From NCBI GenBank assembly GCA_019234745.1, contig JAFAKZ010000348.1, positions 1-55,474 on the forward strand: a DNA stretch of 55,474 bases, in the 5' to 3' direction. The notes under the pieces were generated by a model. That model was given only the letters and a program-made list of their open reading frames with translations, was not told the DNA's origin and made no database searches. Source of the stretch: Burkholderiales bacterium (lineage in GTDB: Bacteria > Pseudomonadota > Gammaproteobacteria > Burkholderiales > Chitinimonadaceae). This document shows, one piece after another, positions 39,413 through 47,338 of the stretch (position 1 is the stretch's first letter; each line of letters begins with the position of its first letter). The position numbers and the translations under genes were made by a program.

Positions 39413-42068
39413 TCATGTCACTTACGGCACGCTCGACCGACGGCCCGCTTTCGATCATGCTCGCCTCGCCGCGCTTGAACAGGCCGATCAGCTCCGCCAA
39501 CGTGAACTCCAAGCCGTTCTGGCCCTGGCGGTTGGTAAACAGGTAGCGACTCTTGCGTGGGCTGATCCAAGCCAGCTTGGCGCGCATGGAGCTGCCATCC
39601 GCCTGCGCAAAGTCCACCCAAACACCACGCTTGAGCTGATTGGCCACCACGTCCTCGTAGTTCTGGTACTTGTCGAGGCCATGGTCCCAATTCGTGTTCG
39701 TCACCTCGAAGGCGCCGACCAAGGGGTCCATATCGAGAGCGGGCAGGTCGAGCAGATCCACCACCGGCACCGGCTCGGGTGTGGGCGGTGGAACCATCGC
39801 CTGCGGCACGGCAATCGGCGCCGGTTCAGGCGCGCCAAGCACGATGGGGTCTGCAGCGGCCGCGCCAATCGACTGCCGCTCGACCGGCGCCACAGCTGGC
39901 GCCGAGGGATTCGCCGGCGCAACACCCGTAGCGTCGGCCGCGCGCAACCCGGCCTTGATCGCCTGGGCATGGCAGTGCACCAGTTCCGCAAAGAAGGCCT
40001 CACGCGCCGTACGATCGACGCCCGCCGCTTCCGTGCCACGTTCCAGCCGCTTCAAGAGCTTGGGCAGCATATTGACGAGGCGCAGACGCTCCTCGACGCC
40101 GACCTTGGGCGCGATGCTCCAGATCAGGTCATCCATGGCCGACACGGAGTCGCGCCATTGCTCCTGGCCTTCGTCAGCCACCTGAGCGGTATAGGCGAGG
40201 ACGGCGGTCCATTGCGTCGCCAGGAAGTCGCGGATGAGGTCCGGCACGTCAGTCGCCGCAGCCAAACGCTGGGTAACGGTCTGCTCCGCATGCAGCTTCG
40301 CCACTTCGGCGCGCTCAGCCGCAATCAGTGCCGTGGCCGTTGCTTCGGCGCTGGATTCAGCGCGCTGCTCTTCCTCGGCGAGGAAGGCTTCCAGCTCTTC
40401 CAGCGCGGCGCCAAACAGCTCGATATTTTCGTCGAAATCACGCACGATGCTTTCGACGATGGCGGCGATCTTGCGATACAGCCTGTCGTCCAGGCCGTCC
40501 TCCTCGCTCCAGCCCAGCGCCGCCTGCGCGAGCGCATCGAGCAGCTTGCGCGTGGGGTGCTGCTTGCGGGCAAAGAACCTGCTATCCAGCATCGCCACCT
40601 TGAGCACGGGAATCTGCAGGCGGCCGATCAAGGCCTTCATCGGCCCCGGGATATTGTCATCGTCGAAGATATAGTCGAACAGCATGGCGACGATATCGAT
40701 CGTCATGGCGTCGACGTGGCCCAGCGAAGTCGCCAGGCTGGTCGTCTTGATCTGGTGCAGGACGTTCGTGCTGCCGGTAAGCAGCGCGCCGGTATCGAGG
40801 TTGCCGACATCAGACAGCGCCCCCTCGATCGTGCCCTGCTGCAGGCGGTTCAATGCATCGAGAAAGCTCTGCCCTACGCTTGTCACCAACGCGGACGCAG
40901 GCATCATCGGCGCATCGGTGGCGGGCGCCGATACGCCAGGCACACCCGCCTGCATGCCCGACATGCTGACGGGCATGGCCTGTACCACTTGGTTCAGCGC
41001 GAGCAACTGCTGCAGCGTGGAAATCAGTTCCTGCTCGTTGCCGATGACATAGGCCGGTACCTCGGCACCCATACCGGGCATCGATTGAGCAGCTGCCGCG
41101 GGCGCGAAGCCGCCCACGCCAAAACCCATCTGGGCACCGTAACCCGCCGGCACTCCCATCCCCGCCTGATTGCCGAAACCCATGGCCGCCAAGTCGGCCG
41201 CACTCGGCATCCCGCCCTGGCCAGCCATTGCCGCATACGCTGCCGCGTACTGCGCCATATCGGCCTCGCTCATCGGCGGCACACCATCTCCCCCACCTTC
41301 GGCCACCTGCGGCGTGGGCGTACGCCGCTGCGATGCGGCCCCGCGCGCATGGCGCCGGACATTGCCCTTGGGCAGAATCGGCAAGATATTGCGCTCAACC
41401 AGGAAGCGGTTGATGTTCTGGTAGACGTTCGGGACGTTCTCGGCCGCAACCTGCTCGAATTGCTTCAGCACAAGCAGGCGAACGTTGAGGTCGGATTCAA
41501 TCTTCTGGCACGCACTACGGAATGCACTCACGATGGCCTGCGGGCTCATCGGGTTATTTTCGTCCTTGCCGTCCGGTATCGCCATCAAATGGCCAATACG
41601 CTGGTTCAGCGCATTTAGATCGTCACCCAGCTTGTTGCGCAGGCGGCTCGCGATATTGGTGACGGCAAGGTCTTCCTCATAGTCCTCCTGGCCGACGAGA
41701 GAGAGCTCAAGATTGTCGAAGTCGACTTTGCGGAATGAAGCATCGGCCTCATCGCCACCTTTGACAGCGCGCTCGAAACCTTCGATGAAACGGCGACGGA
41801 ACTCGTTTTCTATATCGGTGCGCTTGCTCTGTGCCTCGCCGCGCGCCTGCAGATAGAGGTTGGAGCTATCCCGGTCGAGCGCCTTCTCGGCCAACTCGAA
41901 CAGGGACTCCTCGATCTTGTCGAGCATCGTCGACAAAGACTTCGACAGCAGGTCTGCCGCTAGATCACGGCATGACGAGAGAGTATTCAGCGTTTCGGTC
42001 TGTAGTGTCATTGCCTTATTCGCGCTCACGCCGCCGTGGCGCAGCCCCGCCGCCCCGCTGCTTTGCAT
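39384..42068 (-). CDS. DUF1631-family protein (large cytoplasmic protein of unknown function)
   Basis: ORF 39384..42143. The pattern matches my memory of DUF1631 (LIGRLQIPVLKVAMLDSRFFARKQHPTRKLLDALAQAALGW; C-terminal GVWVDFAQADGSSMRAKLAWISPRKSRYLFTNRQG). Start is uncertain: ATG at 42143, 42068 or 42011, none with a strong RBS. Confidence 0.7.
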   Translation of the reverse strand: MQSSGAAGLRHGGVSANKAMTLQTETLNTLSSCRDLAADLLSKSLSTMLDKIEESLFELAEKALDRDSSNLYLQARGEAQSKRTDIENEFRRRFIEGFERAVKGGDEADASFRKVDFDNLELSLVGQEDYEEDLAVTNIASRLRNKLGDDLNALNQRIGHLMAIPDGKDENNPMSPQAIVSAFRSACQKIESDLNVRLLVLKQFEQVAAENVPNVYQNINRFLVERNILPILPKGNVRRHARGAASQRRTPTPQVAEGGGDGVPPMSEADMAQYAAAYAAMAGQGGMPSAADLAAMGFGNQAGMGVPAGYGAQMGFGVGGFAPAAAAQSMPGMGAEVPAYVIGNEQELISTLQQLLALNQVVQAMPVSMSGMQAGVPGVSAPATDAPMMPASALVTSVGQSFLDALNRLQQGTIEGALSDVGNLDTGALLTGSTNVLHQIKTTSLATSLGHVDAMTIDIVAMLFDYIFDDDNIPGPMKALIGRLQIPVLKVAMLDSRFFARKQHPTRKLLDALAQAALGWSEEDGLDDRLYRKIAAIVESIVRDFDENIELFGAALEELEAFLAEEEQRAESSAEATATALIAAERAEVAKLHAEQTVTQRLAAATDVPDLIRDFLATQWTAVLAYTAQVADEGQEQWRDSVSAMDDLIWSIAPKVGVEERLRLVNMLPKLLKRLERGTEAAGVDRTAREAFFAELVHCHAQAIKAGLRAADATGVAPANPSAPAVAPVERQSIGAAAADPIVLGAPEPAPIAVPQAMVPPPTPEPVPVVDLLDLPALDMDPLVGAFEVTNTNWDHGLDKYQNYEDVVANQLKRGVWVDFAQADGSSMRAKLAWISPRKSRYLFTNRQGQNGLEFTLAELIGLFKRGEASMIESGPSVERAVSDMIGMLQPVAA

Positions 42069-42159
42069 GATCCGTTCTGGCTTATCGGCACTCACAGCCC
42101 GTCTCCACTCAATGGCAACAAGCCTGGCGCGCAGCCCATCCATTCACATACGATGGTAG

Positions 42160-42406
42160 CACTGCCGGGCTAATTCACGACTGCAAGTTCCTGCCTTTCA
42201 CTGCGCTCTATACCGCAGTCCCACAAAACGCACATTCCGCCAGCATATAAGTTCATGTTAATAAACAACATGCATTAGCGTCAAGTTATATAGAAACAAC
42301 TATATATTTATGCGCTATGCCACTGATTTAAATGTGTTTATGTTCCATCAACCAGGAATGTCATTCGCATATGATACCACCAAGCGCCTGTGGATAACAC
42401 AGTATA
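42160..42406 (-). promoter_or_regulatory. AT-rich leader/promoter region upstream of the DUF1631 gene, containing one perfect DnaA-box 9-mer
   Basis: G+C is 18/60 (42241-42300) and 20/60 (42301-42360), versus 36/60 in the adjacent coding line. TGTGGATAA at 42389-42397 is the reverse complement of TTATCCACA. There is a candidate sigma70 promoter on the minus strand: TTGACG (42284-42279), 18-nt spacer, TAACAT (42260-42255). Confidence 0.45.
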
Positions 42407-43363
42407 TTAAGCATTGCTAAGCCAGGCCTCCACAAACGGATAGACCTCACTCTCCGCTGCCGCGTGCGTCAACATATCCACATGTCCATATTCTCGGCTT
42501 AAACCAGCGACCGTACCCAGGAGCTGCAAGTGATGCCGATGCGGACCCGATTCCTGGATGAAACGTGCGACATCCTCTGGATGACCCAACACGGGATCCT
42601 TACTGCCCGCAAGATACAGGGTAGGCGGCAATCCACCATTTGCCAGCGCCGCGGCATAGTCGAACCCGTCGTCGCTGTCGCGCCAGCGCCGCGAGCGCAC
42701 CCACAACTGGCTTTGCCGCAGGCTTTTCACCGATTCGTCGTCGGCCCCGATGCCGAAGCGCAAGGCAGGCAGGTAGCCAAATACGAGACACATTGCCGAC
42801 GCCAAGCTCGACCAGAACAGCTCGATGGTGCCGATGCGCCGCAAATTCCAAACGCCAATACGGCGCTTCGTCGCAAGATAGGCGCAGCTGGCAACGCGCT
42901 TTGCCCAGGCCGGGTGGCGAGCCAACGTCGAGGAAATCAGCACACCACCCCAGGAGTGACCGACGCAATGGACGGCAACATCGTCACCGCGGCGTCGCGC
43001 AATGTCGCCGAGCACCAGCGGAATGTCGTCGACTATGGTTTCCGTTTGACCATGGCGCGCACCGCGAGCGAGCTTCGGCAACGAGGCACCGCGACCGCGC
43101 AAGTCCATGATATAGACGTCGAAACCGCGCGCAGCCAGCCACGGCCCCAGACCCTTGCCCTTCTCGCTGTAGAAGGTTCGTGCGTTCGCAATGGCGCCGT
43201 GTACCATCAGGACAGCCGGCCCAGGATTGGCGGCATAGATATGGCGCACATGCAGCTGCGCGCTGCCGTCGGACGTGGGCAGGAAAAGTGATTCCTGCAT
43301 GACCTCCTGATTGCCCATCATTGCCGCACCGGGCGCGGCCAGTACATCGCATTGTTCCTGCAT
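42407..43363 (-). CDS. Alpha/beta hydrolase
   Basis: ORF 42407..43363. Has VLMVHGAIANARTFY and nucleophile elbow GHSWGG. The start could be a downstream Met (MMGNQEVMQESLF). Confidence 0.8.
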   Translation of the reverse strand: MQEQCDVLAAPGAAMMGNQEVMQESLFLPTSDGSAQLHVRHIYAANPGPAVLMVHGAIANARTFYSEKGKGLGPWLAARGFDVYIMDLRGRGASLPKLARGARHGQTETIVDDIPLVLGDIARRRGDDVAVHCVGHSWGGVLISSTLARHPAWAKRVASCAYLATKRRIGVWNLRRIGTIELFWSSLASAMCLVFGYLPALRFGIGADDESVKSLRQSQLWVRSRRWRDSDDGFDYAAALANGGLPPTLYLAGSKDPVLGHPEDVARFIQESGPHRHHLQLLGTVAGLSREYGHVDMLTHAAAESEVYPFVEAWLSNA

Positions 43364-43384
43364 GATTGTTCCAAGAATTGCCGT

Positions 43385-44188
43385 TTAGCGGGGGGAGGAA
43401 AGTAGGGTCTCGATCATGTCGCGGGTGCTGCGTGCGGCGGCAAGCGGCGCTTCCAGCGGAAACAGGTGGCCGCCGTCGAATTCCCGCGTCACGATGCCGA
43501 ATCCGCGCCGCATATGGCGGATATCGGCGGTACGCACGTAGTCCGAATGGCTGCCGCCTATAAAACCAGTGGGTACGCGGAGTTGGCCCTGCAGGCTCGG
43601 AAAGATATGCGGCAGGCCACAATAGATGCGGTACTCAACCTCGCGCTCAAAGCGCAGCTGTACGCCCTCCTCTACCGCATGCGTGCCGCCCTCGACATAA
43701 TCCTTGAGGCAGTCCGGGTCGAAGGCCGCAAACATGGCGCGGGCCTGGAAGTGGGTAAGCACCTCGGCACTGGTCGTCCACCGATGGCGCCGAGTGCGCG
43801 AACCGCGACCCGGGGTCAGCCTCTCAATAAACCCCAGCCGCTTGCCCAGCCACAGCATCGACGAAACGCGGCGCGAAAAGATGGGCGAATCGAGCAAGAC
43901 GACCGCCCGAAACAGCTCCGGGCGCTTGATCGCGCACAGGAAGGAGATAAAGCCGCCGAGCGAGTGCCCCACCGCGATGACCGGTCCCGCGTAGCGCGCT
44001 TCTATATAGTGCAAGGACTCGTCAACCAGATTAGGCCAGCAGTCGGTAACAGGGTAGGCCGGATTGTGCCCGAGCATGTCGATGAAGCCGACGTCGAAGT
44101 CCCGCTCGAAAGCTGACAGGAACTTGCGATAGCTGACCGCAGGGAAGCTGTTGGCGTGCGTAAAGTGCAGCGCCGGTTTCGTACTCAT
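43385..44188 (-). CDS. Alpha/beta hydrolase
   Basis: ORF 43385..44200. ATG 44188 (MSTKPALHFTHANSF). Has nucleophile elbow GHSLGG and C-terminal GGHLFPLE. Confidence 0.8.
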   Translation of the reverse strand: MSTKPALHFTHANSFPAVSYRKFLSAFERDFDVGFIDMLGHNPAYPVTDCWPNLVDESLHYIEARYAGPVIAVGHSLGGFISFLCAIKRPELFRAVVLLDSPIFSRRVSSMLWLGKRLGFIERLTPGRGSRTRRHRWTTSAEVLTHFQARAMFAAFDPDCLKDYVEGGTHAVEEGVQLRFEREVEYRIYCGLPHIFPSLQGQLRVPTGFIGGSHSDYVRTADIRHMRRGFGIVTREFDGGHLFPLEAPLAAARSTRDMIETLLSSPR

Positions 44189-44272
44189 CTCATCTACCAA
44201 GCAATTGCTCGAATTGAGATGTCATCATAACCCAAGTCGCTGCCGCCGCACACATGTCGGCACCCGCCCACC

Positions 44273-47200
44273 TCAATGCGTGGCGTAGGCGCGGCTTGCA
44301 GCCAACCTCGCAGAAATGTCTTCGGCCGGCACCGGGCTGCCCATCAAATAGCCTTGCACCCGGTCACAACCCGACGAGCGCAGGAAATCGAACTGCTCCT
44401 GCGTCTCCACGCCTTCTGCCACAACCTTCAGGCGCATCTTGCGGGCGATGGCGATCACGGCTTCTGTAATGGCGACGTCGTCCGCATCGACCGGGATGCC
44501 TTCGATAAAGCCTCGGTCGATCTTCAGGCAGTCGAGCGGGTAGTGCTTGAGGCTGACCAGCGAGGAGTAACCCGTGCCAAAGTCATCCACCGATACAGCC
44601 ACGCCCATATTGCGCAAGTCGTCCAGCAGCTGCGCCGCCTCAGCTGGATTGCGCATGATGGTGCTCTCCGTAATCTCCAACTCCAGCACCTGCGGCGGCA
44701 GGCCCGTCGACTCCAACACGCCCTGGATGGTGCTCAGCAAACCACCGTCGGCAAACTGGCGCGCCGACAGGTTCACGGCGACGTGACCCAGTGTATAGCC
44801 GGCATTGATCCATTCGCGCGCCTGCTGGCAGGCCTCGCGCAGCACCCAGGCGCCAATGGGCACGATCAGACCGGTCTGCTCAGCCAAGGAGATAAAGCGC
44901 CCGGGCATGACCAGGCCGAAATCCGGATGGCGCCAACGCAACAGCGCCTCGACGCCCGTGATATTGCCGTCGGCCGTATTCACCTGAGGCTGATAATGCA
45001 GCTCGAATTCCTCGCGCTCCAGGGCATGCCACAGGCTGTTCTCGAGCAACAGGTGCTCGAAGGCCTGCGCGTTCATATCCTTGTCGAAGAACTGGTAGGT
45101 ATTCTTGCCGCGCTCCTTGGCCCGGTACATGGCCACGTCCGCGTTCTTGAGCAAGGTCTGCGCATCGACACCGTCGCTGGGGCACATCGCCACACCTACG
45201 CTCGCGGTGACGAACATTTCGTGGCCATTGATCACAAAGGGCTGCGCCATGCTCTCGACGATGCGGCCTGCCACCTCGCCCGCCACCTCGGGGCCCGCGA
45301 TGTCTTCCAGCATTACGGTGAACTCGTCACCACCCAGGCGCGCAATCACATCCTTGTCCTTCACGTGGAAGCGCAGGCGCTCTGTAGCTGCCATCAACAA
45401 CTGGTCGCCCGCCTCGTGGCCCAAGGTGTCGTTCACCGCCTTAAACCGGTCCAGATCCAGGAATAGCACGGCCAGCCGCGCGCTATGCGCTTGTACGCGG
45501 CGTATGGCGGAATCCAGATGCGTCATCAGGCTGCCGCGGTTGAGCAGCCCGGTCAGATCGTCATGGTGCGCGAGGTAATGCAGCCGGCTTTCTGTCTCCT
45601 TGCGCGTCGTATAGTCCGTGAACACGCCGACATAGTTGGAGATGCGCCCGTCGTCGTCGCGCACGGCGGAGATGGACAGCCACACGGGATACCACTCTCC
45701 CGACTTACGCCGATCGCGCATCTCGCCCTGCCAGTGGCCATCGCGATGCAGGTGCTCGATCATGTCGCGCGCCTCGGCGCCGCGTGCACCCTGCCCCGAG
45801 AGCATGCGCGAAATCTTTCCGACGGCTTCCGACTCTTCGTAGCCCGTAATGCGGGTAAAGGCCGGATTCACGCCCACGATGCAGTGCTCCGCGTTGGTGA
45901 TCAGAATCCCCTCACCAGCGCTCTCGAATACGCGCGCAGCCAGGCGCGACTGACGCTCGGATTCGACGCGGTGGGACACGTCGAGTGCGATGCCGATGAC
46001 GGCCGGCTTGCCCTCGTACTGGAACATGCGGCCATGCGCTTCCAGCCAGACATAGCTGCCATCCATCTTGCGGGCGCGGTAGACGTAATGCACGCTGTCG
46101 ACCTCTCCGGATAGGCGCTTGCGGTGATTCTCTTTCAGGATCGCCAGGTCTTCCGGCGCCGTCAGCGTGTCGACGGACAAGCCCACCATCGATGTCGCAT
46201 CGGGATAACCGTGGATTTCCGCCAGCTTGGGGTTGGCGTAGACCAGCCGCCCTTCCTGCACCACGTAGAGGCCGGCCAGGGACAATTCCACAAAGGCGCG
46301 GAACTTGCGTTCCGAGTCGAGCAGCGCCTGCTCGGCGTGCTTCACTTCACTCAAGTCATGCAGCACGGCAACGAAATGGGTCGGATCGCAGCCTTCCTCG
46401 GCCACGGCATTCAAGGACATCCGTACCGGGTAACGTGTGCCGTCGCTACGCAATGCGCGGATCTCCCCGCGCCAGGCACCGCTTTTGGCAGCCCGGCCAA
46501 TTGATCGGGCGAACTCCTCGTTGCCGGCACGTGCCTCGATCTCAATCAGCGACTCCCCGACCAGTTCCTGACGTTGAAAGCCGGTACGTGCCAGGATGGC
46601 CGGGTTGGCGGCGAGCACGACACCCTTGGCATCGGTAACCAGGATCCCTTCGCTGCTCGATTCGAACACCTTGGCATACAGGGCCAGCTCTGCCTGCAAC
46701 TCGTACTGTTCAGTAATATCGAGCAATACGCCGGCTACCATAGGCTGGCCGTTTACCATTACCCGGTGGCTATATACTTCCACATGGCGAATCGCGCCGT
46801 CGCCGCGCACCATGCGAAAGCCGTAGCGCGCTTGCTGAACCTCCCCGCTCAAACGCTTGCGGATGCTGATGCCGGTCCGTTCGGCATCCTCTGGATGCAC
46901 CAGGTCCTGCAGCGACAATTTGTGCATCTGTTCGGAGGTGTAGCCGAGGATGTCGGCCAACGCAGGGTTGCCGTAGGCCAGACGCAGCTGGCGATCGACA
47001 AAATACACGCCCACCAGGGATTGCTCGACCAACTGTTTGACCTGGGCGAGCGGATTGCGACTGAGCCAGCGCTGCACAGCCCAAGCCAAAAGAGCCATCG
47101 CAGCCACGACAACCAGCCAATAGGGCAACCACGGCGCCACGAGGACCGCCGACGTCGCGACCATACCGAACACTGGCCAGCGCACAGGGAGATTCACCAT
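44273..47200 (-). CDS. Membrane-anchored 4xPAS-GGDEF-EAL signalling protein (c-di-GMP cyclase/phosphodiesterase)
   Basis: ORF 44273..47200. Has two N-terminal TM helices and four PAS-like modules (e.g. VFESSSEGILVTDAKG, VFESAGEGILITNAEH). GGDEF is intact (RLGGDEFTV). EAL motifs are intact (EALLRW, ELEITES, DDFGTGYSSL, KIDRGF). Confidence 0.95.
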   Translation of the reverse strand: MVNLPVRWPVFGMVATSAVLVAPWLPYWLVVVAAMALLAWAVQRWLSRNPLAQVKQLVEQSLVGVYFVDRQLRLAYGNPALADILGYTSEQMHKLSLQDLVHPEDAERTGISIRKRLSGEVQQARYGFRMVRGDGAIRHVEVYSHRVMVNGQPMVAGVLLDITEQYELQAELALYAKVFESSSEGILVTDAKGVVLAANPAILARTGFQRQELVGESLIEIEARAGNEEFARSIGRAAKSGAWRGEIRALRSDGTRYPVRMSLNAVAEEGCDPTHFVAVLHDLSEVKHAEQALLDSERKFRAFVELSLAGLYVVQEGRLVYANPKLAEIHGYPDATSMVGLSVDTLTAPEDLAILKENHRKRLSGEVDSVHYVYRARKMDGSYVWLEAHGRMFQYEGKPAVIGIALDVSHRVESERQSRLAARVFESAGEGILITNAEHCIVGVNPAFTRITGYEESEAVGKISRMLSGQGARGAEARDMIEHLHRDGHWQGEMRDRRKSGEWYPVWLSISAVRDDDGRISNYVGVFTDYTTRKETESRLHYLAHHDDLTGLLNRGSLMTHLDSAIRRVQAHSARLAVLFLDLDRFKAVNDTLGHEAGDQLLMAATERLRFHVKDKDVIARLGGDEFTVMLEDIAGPEVAGEVAGRIVESMAQPFVINGHEMFVTASVGVAMCPSDGVDAQTLLKNADVAMYRAKERGKNTYQFFDKDMNAQAFEHLLLENSLWHALEREEFELHYQPQVNTADGNITGVEALLRWRHPDFGLVMPGRFISLAEQTGLIVPIGAWVLREACQQAREWINAGYTLGHVAVNLSARQFADGGLLSTIQGVLESTGLPPQVLELEITESTIMRNPAEAAQLLDDLRNMGVAVSVDDFGTGYSSLVSLKHYPLDCLKIDRGFIEGIPVDADDVAITEAVIAIARKMRLKVVAEGVETQEQFDFLRSSGCDRVQGYLMGSPVPAEDISARLAASRAYATH

Positions 47201-47338
47201 CTGATCTTCTTAGAAAAATATTTGATTCGACAAACAATTACACTCGCATTACGACCCATTGTAAGCCAATTCCCGTACTGGGACCGGCGAGCATCATGGG
47301 TATAATCCTGCCGAAAGCAAATTCCGCACAGTCGATCC

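Noticed and set aside
39399-41618. A 739-aa plus-strand ORF
   Set aside because: It is antisense to the DUF1631 gene. The minus-strand product has family-typical conserved blocks, whereas the plus-strand translation is Arg/His/Gly-rich low-information sequence.
42389-42397. A perfect DnaA box in an AT-rich region near dnaB-containing DNA: possible replication origin?
   Set aside because: I found only one consensus 9-mer; the other candidates have 3 or more mismatches. There is no cluster of boxes and no 13-mer-like DUE repeats. The neighbours are not dnaA/dnaN or gidA/parAB. It is more consistent with a promoter region, so I kept it only as a regulatory curiosity.
42387-42401. CTGTGGATAACACAG as a LexA (SOS) box upstream of nearby genes
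   Set aside because: CTGT and ACAG are separated by 7 nt, not the 8 nt of the CTGT-N8-ACAG consensus. The site sits at the 3' end of a hydrolase gene, far from any DNA-repair gene start.
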